DNA of 63,640 nt, filler included, from Atractiella rhizophila (GCA_021432655.1; 6 parts of 6 records of this genome joined end to end with filler, not necessarily neighbours in it), one strand, 5' to 3'. Shown: positions 1 through 10,950, counted from the first letter of the whole stretch. Translations and numbers: made by a program. Notes: a model not told the origin generated them from the letters alone.

Positions 1-1096
1 TCGTCGCATTACACAGGAGACGTTAAGTTTGCAGACGTCACATCTGATGTGTTCTGGGCTGTGGAATGCCAAGGGTTGACTGCGAAAGGCAAGACCATCA
101 GCGGGACGAACATGAGGATGTTGGTCGACTCGGGAAGCTCAATCGTCAACCTCCCAGCGGACATCATCCAAGCTTACGCTGAAGGCATTGGAGCTAGTAT
201 CCAGAATCAAGGAGGCGGAAATTACGTCCTTGTCATGAGTTGTGGAGACCTGGCCACTCTTGACTTTGGGGTCAACATTGGGGGAAACATTTATGACGTG
301 GCGCCTCTCGATTTGTTTGTCGGAACCACCCAAAGCGGCCAATGCGGTATGATTCTCGCGGCGACGGATGTTAGTCTCCTGTCCTTCTTTCAGTAACAGG
401 CAATACTAACTTGCCGTTCCATAGGCTGTCGATAGCGACAACACACCACTCGGCGTCGTTGGAGATACATTCATGAAGAACTGGTACACCGTCTTCTCCT
501 ACAACTCTACCACCAATCACCAGATTGGTTTTGCTCGAGCCGTCCAACAGAACTCTGGATCCCTCGATGGTTCTGGCCTCCCTGGAACTGATGGGACTGG
601 CAATAGCAGCACGTCTGGAAGTGGAAGTGGAAGTGGTAGCGGTAGTGGTAGCGGTAGTGGTAGTGGGAGCGCGTCACATACAGCACATGCCAATGTGATC
701 GTGGGGATCGCAGTTGGCGGAGTTGTGGCACTCATTCTCCTCATCATCCTCGCATTCTACCTCTACCGTTGCCGCAAATGTTCAAAACCGCCACTGAGCG
801 AACCGCCAAACCGGGAGCCCATCTTTTCTCCCATAGGCGTACCAGGTAACGATATGTCAGTACACCAAACTTTGAATGTCTCGCATTCATACCAAACAAA
901 GGCTGACGAGCCAGCCTTCCAACCTTTCACTATGGGACAAGTGAACACTTTGCAGGCGACCGATATGATCAATAGGCATCAGCTGAGTGTGACCCCAGTC
1001 TTGCAAAACCCTTTGCAGCAGTACCGCAAGGTCTATGGGGGAAATCCATACCCATCCAGATACCCTGAGATTTGTTCGGCCACAACAGAGGAATAA
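1..1096 (+). CDS. Pepsin-family (A1) aspartic protease, C-terminal part, with Gly/Ser linker, single TM helix and cytosolic tail; 5' end lies outside the window
   Basis: Second catalytic motif MLVDSGSS. An intron at 370-424 (GTTAGT...CTAAC...TAG) joins ATD in frame to AVDSDNTPLGVVGDTFMKNWYTVF...IGFA, the typical pepsin C-terminal motif. A (GS)n linker and a hydrophobic VIVGIAVGGVVALILLIILAFYLY segment follow. Confidence 0.9.
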
Positions 1097-1218
1097 GGAT
1101 GATTGCAAATTTTTTTCACTTCAGCTGCTGTCTCCATGAATGTAGTGAACCCACCACTGCTTCAGTTCTCTAACTGAATGTAATGAGATTATTGTCGTTG
1201 TTTCATTGCAGCTGATGC

Positions 1219-1620
1219 CTACTACTAAGGGTACTTTAGGGTTCAACCCTGGCTCTTTCAGGAATGAGATCCAGGCTGAATCCTTGCCTCCTGGCTGCCC
1301 AGGGTACAACCCTACCTACTACTATTCCTTTGCAACAGAACTGTTCCGTCAGTCAAATTTGGCTGGGGAACGGAGTTAGGGTCAGGGCCAGGGTGAGTCC
1401 TGTCAGCCCAGTTGCGAGGCTCTGACTGACGGAACTAACCTGACGGGACGGAACACACCGTCGAGTCCCGTCAGCTCGGACGCGACGGCCAAAATGGTTC
1501 GCGGGGTGGGATAAGCCCCGAAGCGAACTTGCTCAAACATGCGAGGTTCATCGCGAGGGCGCCAAGTTCGCTACCAGTCGCGAAGTGGGCGCTTTGGGTC
1601 GCTGGCTGGCTGCAACGTGT
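1219..1620 (+). mobile_element. Copy 1 of the CTACTACTA-initiated Helitron-like repeat family (module A 1219-1315, module B 1316-1620), interrupted by an LTR
   Basis: Module B aligns with 3715-3988 and 29811-29914; module A aligns with 29915-30157. Similarity to copy 2 stops exactly at CAACGTGT|TGTTAGGG, where the LTR begins. Confidence 0.75.
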
Positions 1621-2110
1621 TGTTAGGGCTGACACTATGTGCGGTCGCCGATAGGCGATGCGTCTGTAGTGGAGGTAAACCTAAGAGAATAGTATGGCAT
1701 GAGAAGACTAACCTGTAGTGGAGGTAAACCTAAGAGAATACTCTGAGGTCACCACCACTACATCTCGATGTATATATACATATGTAAAAGCACTGCCATA
1801 AACTGTATCATAAGTTTCTTGAAACATGTAAGATAGCTAGATCAGGAAAGCAATAAAGGGAAAACTCGGAAATAAGACATACTGAGCAGTACAAGTGAGA
1901 AAGGACAATAAAGCAATAATGGAGACGGTGCAGACCGGCGAAATGTTTAAGGTTTGCTGAGCGGCGATTCGTGTGAGACAGGGAAAGGCGGCGATCAGCG
2001 CGTACCTGGGCAAAGCGGCGATGGGCATGCACGTGATCCTATGGCATGGTAAAGTAGGTCACGTGACTTCAGATGGTGCATTTCGGTAATGCGTAGGGGC
2101 AAGCCTGACA
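1621..2110 (-). mobile_element. LTR (3' LTR of a minus-strand LTR retrotransposon)
   Basis: TG...CA termini (TGTTAGGGC...GCCTGACA). The first ~170 bp closely match the solo LTR at 7092. Internal duplicated CTGTAGTGGAGGTAAACCTAAG and a TATATATA box. A GGGGGG PPT-like tract abuts it on the minus strand (2114-2119). Confidence 0.85.
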
Positions 2111-2234
2111 AAACCCCCCAAATTTCTGACTTGTGTACGTGAGTCACGGAGTTTTTAAAGTTAAGGTTTGCGGCTAGTTTGGGCGAAAAATTTTTCAGTT
2201 CTACCACCATCTCCCTCTTTCTATTCTTGCAAAA

Positions 2235-3712
2235 ATGTCCACCGACGCGCAACTCTTCGACTTCGTTCTGGTGAACAAAGATAGGAGGGAGAGTACCATT
2301 TATTGGGACATGGAGAAGGCGAAAGAGGTGAACTTTGGGCGATTTGCCGATGTGCTGGAGTGGGGGAAAAGGTGTTATCCTTTGTATGTCAAATTTTGTG
2401 ATGAGGTGCAAGAAGAGGTGAGATTTTCGTGTCTCGTATATTATGGTTGGGTAACCTGTCGCCGGTGGGAAGGTGCGAACGGCTTATGAGGCCGCAAAAG
2501 GGTTTGGTGATGGCCGGGTTCTGTCGTTTCCGCTGCAGATGCCTGTGGAAACGCTGCAGGCATTGCGGGATGAACTCCGGCTTTGGGTCGGACAAGCGGC
2601 GCTCGTCGAGGAAGAGGCTGTGAAACTCGGGTTTCAGCCTTCCGAATCGGCGAATGGTGACCCAATTTTGCGAAGGAAAGAACGAGAGCTTTTCTTGTCC
2701 GATACGAAAAAACGTTTGGCCAAGGAAGAAGAGGAGCGAAAACGGGCGGCGCTGGAAATTAAACGTCGAGCGGCGGAGGAAAATTTGCGCGCTCAAAAGT
2801 CGATTTTGGCGGCGAAGGGATCCGAGGTCGGGGTCGTGAGGACCCTGTCTGACCACCTGGTTACTGCGACTACTTTCGTTTTGCCTGCAGCGTTGGGGGA
2901 TCGAAATCCGTTCGCCGGTGCGCCGGTCGCCGAATTCGTAGTGCGCGACGGAAAAGTGCGAATCAGCGACAAGGAATTGGATGCGGCGAAATACCGGTAC
3001 TTCTGGCCGGGTACTCGCGAGGCTTATTCCACGCTGCGGCAAACATCAATCTGGGCGAGCTGGATTTGGAACTGGTTATCACGACTCCTCGGGCGAATGC
3101 GCGTATTCTTCCCACGTTAGCAAGCATCGGGACACAGCGCTGTAGCAATTGTACTGGAAAGGTTCGAGCGGCGCCTGTCAAAGCGGCGAAAAAGAAGGCC
3201 AAGGGTGACAACGACTCGCAGGTGTGCGACTTCTCTGCTGGGTATGTCGCAACTGCGTTCAGTCGCGTCTGTTCGCGCTGTCACAGTTCTCGCAAGAGGT
3301 GCGAGGTTTTGCCCTTGGGGTATCTGCGAGACTTTCGATGTTAGTCGTAATGTTGACTACATTCCATCCTAAACGTGTCGGCGACGGGAAAAAACGACCT
3401 TCGGCTTTGGTCGAGGGCAACTACGAGAATATTTCGGACGGCGACGAGGAATCTCCCGCACAATCGATGTTGAGCGCCGCTTGGTTGTACTCTGAAGCAT
3501 TTAGCCTGGATTTTGCGCAAACTATGCTCGCAGCCGCTAGGTTAAATGCACAAGCGGCGGCGGACGCTCTCAAGGCCGCCGAATTGCAAATGGAGTTGTA
3601 CAAGAGGAGGCAGGATGATCGTGCCGCTGAGGATGGGGCTAGCGAGGGTTCTGTGGTGGAAGGTGTGATCGCCGACGTGACCGGTAGGGTAAGTTCATCC
3701 GTTTTTCGGCGA
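2235..3712 (+). pseudogene. Spliced gene antisense to the LTR element, in its 3' internal region: coiled-coil plus divergent Zn(II)2Cys6-like cluster; probably decayed and truncated
   Basis: An intron at 2418-2472 joins ORFs 2235 and 2473 in frame. ORF 3066 has CSNC-x24-C-x12-CSRC-x6-C. Later splice phases do not resolve cleanly, and the gene is cut by the repeat at 3713. Confidence 0.5.
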
Positions 3713-4269
3713 TCCTACTACTATTCCTTCGCGACGGAACTGTTAGGGTCAGGGCCAGGGTGAGTCCCGTCAGCCTAGTTGCGAGGCTCTGACTGACGGA
3801 ACTAACCTGACAGGACGGAACGCACCGTTGAGTCCCGTCAGCTCGGACGCGACGGCCAAATTGTCTCGCGAGGTTGGGATGAGCCCCAATGCGAACTCGC
3901 TCAAACATGCGAGGTTCATCGTGAGGGCGCCCAGTTCGCTACCAGTCGCGAAGTGGGCACTTCGGGTCGCTGGCTGGCTGCAACGTGTGAAGTGCCTTCC
4001 AGTCGCGAAAGGTCAAGTTTGGTTCAGCGATGGGTGGCAACGTGCGAAGTGCCCCTGTAGTTGCGAGGGAGCAGATGTGCGAGGGAGCAAACTCACGGGA
4101 CAACAAACTCGCGAGAGAGCAAACTCATGAGACAGCCAACTCGGGAGGCAGCAAACTACAGAGGTGAACCCAAACGCTAGGTTGCAAACTCACGAGACAG
4201 CAACAAACTTGCGAGACTGGCTTTGCATCTGCACCCTGAGTTTTGCTGCAGTGAACAGGATGTTTCCAG

Positions 4270-5110
4270 AGCGAGCCAGGCTTTGCAAGAGCGAAGAGAT
4301 TTGGCCCAAGCAAGTCTGGCTGCATCCCAGCCAACTGCACTTCACCTGAGCAAGCCAAGGTGCACTGGAGCGAACTGCACTTCGTCCGAGTGAGCTGGGC
4401 TTCACAGGAGCGAACTGCACCGAGCGAGCTGGGCTTCGCAGGAGCGAACTGATTTCGTCCCAGCGAGCCTGGCTTTGCTAGAGGGAACTGCACTTCGCTA
4501 GAGCGAGCTAGAGCGAGCCAGGCTTCGCAGGAGCATACTGACTTCGTCCTAGCGAGCCTGCCTTTGCTAGAGCGAACTGCACTTCCCTGGAGCGAGCCTG
4601 ACTTCGCAGGAGCAAACTGATTTCGTCCCAGCGAGCCAGGCTTCACTAGAGGGAACTGCACTTCGCCGGAGCGAGCCAGGCTTCGCAGAAGCCAACTGAC
4701 CTTCCCAGCAAGTCTGGCTTCGCTAGAGTGAACTGCACTTCGTTGAAGCGAACTGGCTTCGCCGAAGCAAGTCCTATTTTGCTCCAGCGAACTGCAGTTC
4801 GCCCGAGTGAGTCTTACTTCGCAGGAGTGAGCCTGGCCTTGCTGGAGCGAACGCACTTCACCCGAGCAAGTGTGGGTTGCTTCACTCCAGCGAACTGCTC
4901 TTTGCCCAGGCAAGCCAGACCTTGTTGGAGTCAACTGACTTCGCCCCAGCGAGTCTGTCTTTGCTGAAGCGAACAGGACGTAGTCTCGCGTCGCTTGAGT
5001 AGCCCTGGCTTCATTGAAGTGGACAGGAGGCCGCGAGAGCGAACTGACTTAGTCCCAGCGAGCCTGTCTTTGTTGGAGTGAACTTCACTCTTGCGAAGCC
5101 TAGCTTGCTT
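4270..5110. repeat. Degenerate ~19-bp tandem array of palindromic units
   Basis: Recurring GAGCGAACTGCACTTCGCT / GAGCGAGCCTGGCTTCGCA / GAGCGAACTGATTTCGTCC units with core GCGAR-N6-TTCGC. Confidence 0.9.
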
Positions 5111-5370
5111 CAGCAAAGGTATGTTCGTTGCCATGAAGTCAACCTGAACCAGAGCCCCCCAAAGTGATCCCAAGCCCCTGAGGCTCTACTTCCCCGAAGG
5201 GGCTCTCAGAAAGTCCTTATAAGGCTGACTCCTCTCAGGATCCCCCAAAAAATGCACCGGTAAGTGTTTGTCCGAAATTGTCCCCTGCTGTGTTTTCGTT
5301 GCTCTTGCTGGCCGAAGGTGAAGTGCTCACTTGGAGGATCTGAATCCTCAAACAGCACTCGGTCCTGCCG

Positions 5371-6068
5371 TTTGCTGTGGGATCGATCAAGGCGACCTAT
5401 GTGTCCACTTCTTTCTCCCATGGCAAACCAAAGGCTGGTGCTGAAAAGCGGTTCGGGTCATTGAGGTGGGCACTTACTCTTTGGGGCAGCTGGAGCACCT
5501 TGCACATTTGCTTGCAGAAGGCAAGGTGCTTGCTGGAGAGACCCAAAGCTGGACTGTGCACTTGTTCCTGAGGTTTGCTGTGGGATTGATCAAGGCGACC
5601 TATGCGTCCACTTCTTTCTCCCAAGGCGAGCCAAAGGTCGGGCGCTCAAAATGGATTCGGGTTTTGAAGGTGGGTTCTTGGTCTTCGGAGCATCTTGTGG
5701 CACTTTGTATATATCTTACTGGCAGAAAGCGAAGTGTGCGCTTAGGAGACCCAAAACCTGAAAGTGTACTTGTTCCTGAGATTTGCTGTGGGATCAATCA
5801 AGGCGACCTAAGCGTCCACTTCTTTCTCCCATGGTAAACGGAAGGTCAAGTGCTCAAGAGGTGTTTGGGTGTCAGAAGTGGGCAGGCGCTGTTCAGAGGC
5901 AGCACAGGCAGTTTGCATGAATAACTAAAGGCTCAGGATACTCAGCACATCCGCAGGCTTAGATGGTACTTGTGGCGGGACTTAGACCTCAGAGGTTATC
6001 CTATGCTCAAGATTTTGCTATCGGGATCGATCAAGGCGACCTATGTGTCCACTTCTTTCTCCCATAGC
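5371..6068. repeat. Four ~205-230 bp diverged units with a conserved ~50-bp core
   Basis: Core TTTGCTGTGGGATCGATCAAGGCGACCTATGTGTCCACTTCTTTCTCCCA at 5371, 5574, 5782 and 6014. Confidence 0.9.
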
Positions 6069-6219
6069 AATGACTGGGTAGGGAGCTGAAAGGACTTTGT
6101 GCCTGCACCTTGTGACCTCGAAGCAGGTGAATGGAACGAGGAGAAGGAGGCCAGGTGAGTTGGGTAAGGCGAAGAGGTTAGGTCAGATGGCATTCACACT
6201 CATTGAAGTGCACCGGATG

Positions 6220-6700
6220 CTGATTTCGTTGTGAAGTGGTTCTCACCATGCAAGCGATATCTAGTGGAGTTATGTTGAAGTAAGTGTTGATATCGTTGCA
6301 AAGTGGTTGAGATGCAGCTACGCTACGTGGTTCACATTCAATGCCACCTACAAGTGCTGTTGGAGGAAGTTGTATGTGTGTTGGTTTCGTTGCAAAGAGG
6401 TTTGCATCTCACTTCGCGAGTGCTGTCGGATGGAGTTGTGTGGGTTTTGGTTTCATTGCAAAGTCGTTCGCATGTTGCCTCGTGAGTGCTGTTGGTTCAT
6501 TGCAAAGTAATTTGGGGCCACCTCCCGAGTGATGCTGGATGAGTTGAGCGGGTGTTGGTTCATTGCAGTGGTTTGTGTGTGGTCTCGGAAGTGCTGTTGG
6601 GCCGAGTTATTTGGATGCTTTTTTTATTGCAAAGTGGCTCGGGTGCCACTTCGCAGAGTGGTTCGCATGTCAACTAGCGAGTGCTGTCGGATGGGATATG
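6220..6700. repeat. Degenerate ~57-bp tandem array
   Basis: Recurring GTGTTGGTTTCRTTGCAAAGTGGTTCGCATG...GAGTGCTGTYGGATGGAGTT. Confidence 0.7.
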
Positions 6701-6792
6701 GGTGACAGCCAACTCGCGAGATAGCAAACTAGCGAGGTGAACCCAAACACTAAGTTGCAAACTCGCGAGACAGCAGGTAACTCGCAAGACAC

Positions 6793-7800
6793 TTTTTAAT
6801 ATTCACTCATTGTCAATACACATCAACATCGTTGAAATTACATCTCTGACCTCCTATTCGTGCTACTTACATCTAAAATTGCATGGGGCGAAGTAATGAG
6901 GAATTGCAATTTTTGACATATGAGAGGTGCGTATTTGTCCTCCGCTTTTTTCAATGTTGGCTCATCCTCAATACACATTATAGGTCGTTAAAGCTACATC
7001 TCAGGCCTCCCATTCGCGCTACTTAGGTCGAAAATACCATGGATAATGGCGAAGCAATATGGAAATGCATTTTTCCATAAATATGAGGTGTTGTTAGGGC
7101 TGACACTATGTGCGGTCGCCGATAGGCGATGCGTCTGTAGTGGAGATAAACCTAAGTGCATGATATGACATGAAGACTAACCTGTAGTGGAGATAAACCT
7201 AAGAGAATACTCTGGGGTCACCTCCACTACTCTCTGATCTATATATACAAGCGGAATAACACTGCCACAGAGCGTAGAGGAGAGCAGATGAAACATGTAA
7301 GAGAACTAGAAGGGGAAGTGACAGTGGGATTACGCGGAGTTAATAAGAGGAGGATAGGCACAATTGGGCTAAGTGGTGATGTAGGCACAAATGGGCGAAC
7401 AGGCGAACGGGCGCCGATTTGCACTGCGTGCAAATGGGCGATAGGAGACGCAATCCGGCGAACGGGCGCCGATTTGCGTAAGATGCAAACCTGACAGGTG
7501 TGTATTTGACCTCCGCTTTTTTTTATATTCCCTCATTCTCAAAACACATTATACGACGTCGAAACGACATCATGTGCCTCCCATTTGCACCACTCACGTC
7601 TAAAATACGATGCATAATGGCGAAGCAACGGTTAATTGCGATTTTTGATATGTGTAAGGTGCGTATTTCGTCCTCCGCTTTTTTTAATATTCGCTCATTC
7701 TTATTAAGAATTATACGTCGTTTAAGCTACATCTCAGGCCTCTCATTTACGGCACTCATGTCTAAAATACGATGGATAATGGCGAAGTAATGGCAACTAT
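6793..7800. repeat. AT-rich 161-bp tandem satellite (about 3.7 units), split by a solo LTR
   Basis: GGTGYGTATTT..CCTCCGCTTTTT occurs at 6926, 7087/7497 and 7658, a 161-bp period once the LTR and one TSD are removed. Confidence 0.9.
7092..7496 (-). mobile_element. Solo LTR with 5-bp TSD
   Basis: TGTTAGGGC...CCTGACA flanked by GGTGT (7087-7091) and GGTGT (7497-7501); homologous to the LTR at 1621. Confidence 0.95.
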
Positions 7801-7811
7801 GAAAGACGAAC

Positions 7812-9068
7812 CGGGTCGAGTTATCCCAAGCCTGTACGATCGCTCTGGTGACCATCATTTCGGCAATCGACACCCTCTTCCTCTCTCCTCCGGAGACGCC
7901 CCTCACAAACTCATTTCCAACAAGGGTATTCTTCGTGTGCGGGATGCCCAAGATCTTAAGAAGGTATTCAACAATCTTAGTCCTGAAAGCTGCTCGGGAT
8001 TTTTCGTCCGCGAGACGCAGTTGATGAGGAGGCGTTTTGTTCCGGAGGGCAAACTCCAACGTCTGCTGGACCGTCAAGGTAGGCAAATTATTTTCGTCTT
8101 CGGGGCAGTAAACGACCTCCCCTTCGTACCTTCCATGCCTCCCAAAATTCTCAGCTGCCAAACCGCCGTAGGTCACGTCCCCTTCGACGCTCAGAAAGCC
8201 AACCCGCTGGTTGGATATATTCTACAACAAACTTCAGTAACGCGTAGAAATGCGCTGGACACATACCTTGAGGAACGTTGTGCACCCGCTGCCGGGTCGA
8301 CCGAGCACCAGACACATTTCTCCTGGTCTGAGAAATCCATTGAAGTTGTGAAGAAGGGTTTTGGTCTAGATCAACTTCAGTATCGTGCGAAAGGACTAGA
8401 ATTGAGCCACCTTGGGAGCAAATTTCGGGAGCCTCATCATAAGAGGGAAGACAGGTGAGAGGAAGAACTCGATGACAGCGTTTGGGAAGGTCCTGATGTT
8501 GATCTACGCCTTTTTGAGTTTCAATTTGTGGCAAAGAAGAGATAATTGACCTTGATGCCTCCAGTTCCTTTTACAGTCAAGTTTTGCCATATAACACCCA
8601 GCTTCCTCGCACCAGAACAGTGAACTTCTCCTGCCATCCTTCCTCAGCGGTTCCCATCTCCAAATCACCTTTCTTCATCTTCTTCGCCTTCTCCCTCTTC
8701 GCCTCCTCCAATACTGCATCTCTTCTCTCTTTGTCACCTGTCAAATATTCAAGCAAGTTAAACTCTTCATCTTCATCTTCTTCTGCGACATCCTTAAGAG
8801 CTGGGGATCCACCATCTTCTAGCTGCGAGCTCTTCCGTGTGGATTGCCCTCGGAGGTGTTCTTGTAAAGAAGCGAGTTCGACTTTTGCAGCATTGGTCTT
8901 TGCAGCATTGGTCGACAGAGGATGCTCTGAAGCGGACTGCTCTGGAGTTGGAACCCTAGTGTGGTTGTCTGAGTGGACTGGTGCGTTCAATCAGTCCTTC
9001 GTACCAGTGAAGAGTACAGAGCTAAAAAGGAACGCGAAACTGAGGGGTCGCTTACTTGAGTCCGTCAT
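7812..9068 (-). pseudogene. PDR/ABCG-type ABC transporter, 5' fragment only (N-terminus and NBD1)
   Basis: Predicted start MTDS|IHSDN (intron 8978-9055). Contains Walker [27 protein letters not shown], signature VRGVSGGERKRVSIAE and WDNSTR. A GTTCGT donor at 7811 then runs into the satellite, and no downstream exons are visible. Confidence 0.9.
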
Positions 9069-9552
9069 TGCGACAACCCGATTGTGCTTCCCTTCAACTC
9101 ACTGACAAGTCAGATGGAAGAGAGGAAAGATATTTGATATTTGACAATGGGGGACTTTTAGCCCCACCTGCCCCGCTGGTTTTGTACCAAGCGGATGAAG
9201 CCTTCACAATCGCCACGGCTAAGGTCAAACTCCTGACCTTGATTTTGAAAGCCACAAGTTCCTCTCTTTCATGCTTAGCTAACTCCACTGAGAACAATAA
9301 CACATACCGGCGGCATTGTTTGCATTGTGGGGCATCTGTCAACATGTCCATGTCAATGGCGGAGTCCAGCGAGCGAGTAGTCCGCGCGAACTGTGGTTCT
9401 TTGCAGGAAGCGTCAACCTGAGGAGTTGGAGTGAGTAGCTTTAAAACTTGTCCAAAAGTGAATGCCAGTGTGCATGTTAGCGAAAGTGATGGTTTCTTCA
9501 AGTCATAATATTGGAGAGATCATTCGCTTGAAACGGAGAGTCTGCTAGTGGG

Positions 9553-10238
9553 TTGGGCTTTGCACCGTCCCGTCCGTCGATTTTTCTGCCTGAGACGGCA
9601 ACGGGACAGGGTCACCCCGTCCCGTCACCCGCACCGTCACTGAACACGGGGACTGTCTGACGGTGACGGGACTGTGACGGCAAGAAAAGGGGTGCAGACG
9701 GACGGGTTTGACGGTGAACACGGGTGTTCAACAAAATGTTCCTTTATTCTGTCCGGCACCACCGGAATATCTCATTCATGCCATGTTCTGGCTGCTAACT
9801 ACTAATGCCGGCAAGCCCAGGCCTGTTTGGCTGGGCGGAAAGGTGATTTGGTTGAGCCGGCTATGGCCCCTAAGCAGCCGGCCCACATAAGGTTAAGTTT
9901 GTACTGACCCGGAATTCCTTTCTGGCCATTTCGGGCCATGCAAAGGAATGTTTGCTCTGCTCCAAATAAGAAAATATGAAATTACGAAAAGCTTGCAGCA
10001 AAACAAGCAAAAAACTGGTAAAACTGGTTTAAAACTTAAAATTCATATATAACACCCGTTGTTCCCCGTCTGACCCGTCATGGAAGCGCATGAGAGGGCT
10101 GACGGACGGGTAGCACCCGTCCGTTTATACCGTCCGTCGTCAAAAAATCAAAGTTGTGACGGTGACGGGACGGGTGGCCGAAAATGCCGTCCGTCCCGGA
10201 CCCGTCACCCGTCTTGACGGTGACGGTGCAAAGCCCTA
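9553..10238. mobile_element. hAT-superfamily MITE / non-autonomous element
   Basis: TIRs TTGGGCTTTGCACCGTC / GACGGTGCAAAGCCCTA (TAGGG-type). 8-bp TSD CTAGTGGG (9545-9552) / CTTGTGGG (10239-10246). Dense subterminal CCGTC/GACGG motifs. Confidence 0.9.
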
Positions 10239-10597
10239 CTTGTGGGATTTCGGAGTTGTGTTTCGATCGGCACTTCTTTTTCTCTTCAGTTCCGCACCTG
10301 CTGCAGAGCCTGAGAGTTTGCCTTGACGTTTCTTGTTGATGCAGAGAGAGCGCTGAACCCACTGGGTTCAAAGAAGAAGACCCACAGGTGTGAGGACTTT
10401 CTGCCAGTGGCTCCCATACCATCATGTCACTGCTCCACGACGAGGAGGAGATCTGCCTCCTCACTGGCATCTCTCTAGTCGGAGGTATCTTTAACATCAA
10501 ACGACCCCCTTCCATTTTAGCACCATCATCAACACCGTTTCTACATTCTATCGTTAATCCACGCTTCATAACAACAACGAACAGCCCACACGTTGCA

Positions 10598-10950
10598 ATG
10601 GCTAGACCTTCAAGTCTCGAGCCCCGCTAGCTATTGGCTGGAAGGAATTCAGCATCATGGAATGTGTGTAGTTCCCCTCCCGTATCCTGCCTCTTCCTCA
10701 TCTTTCCCAGCTATTTCAAGGGCTCCTTACGTTGAGGCAGGTTATACGGTTTGGCAAAATGTCAAAGAGTTTGGGCCAATGTGTTAGCCTTGTTCACGCC
10801 CTGAAGTAACTTTTACTTATATGTCGATAGACAGGCGATGGGGTAACGATGATTCTGTCATAACCGTTTTCTAAGTAGCGAAAGCTCATCTAATCCTTCT
10901 GTCAGCATTGCGGCTGTCAACACCGCAATGTTTTCTGTGAAGGTGCAGTG
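10598..10950 (+). pseudogene. GH55 exo-beta-1,3-glucanase (Pectate_lyase_3 fold) N-terminal relic
   Basis: The pieces SYWLEGIQHHG, APYVEAGYTVWQNVKEFG, GDGVT and IAAVNTAM match the GH55 start YWL..I.H.G.AP....Y.V.RNVKDFGA.GDG.TDD.AAIN.A. Frameshifts are present and there is no continuation. Confidence 0.6.

Larger units (their letters stand above)
3713..7800 (+). mobile_element. Non-autonomous Helitron-like composite element (copy 2) filled with nested tandem repeats; 3' end not identified
   Basis: Starts A|TCCTACTACTATT (host A followed by TC, the Helitron 5' signature). Shares its 5' module with 1316 and 29809. Contains an ~85-bp direct repeat (4131-4217 / 6704-6790) and 19-, ~205-, ~57- and 161-bp periodic arrays. 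Confidence 0.55.

Noticed and set aside
1376..1393. TTAGGG-like run as an interstitial telomere
   Set aside because: Only one perfect unit, embedded in a dispersed repeat.
4125..4934. 269-aa minus-strand ORF
   Set aside because: It is the translation of the 19-bp repeat array with no protein-like signal.
5371..6068. CRISPR-like appearance
   Set aside because: Eukaryotic context, ~155-180 bp spacers that are mutually homologous, and no cas genes.
1621..7496. The two homologous LTRs as the ends of one element
   Set aside because: The 7092 LTR has its own perfect TSD, and the two LTRs differ over half their length.
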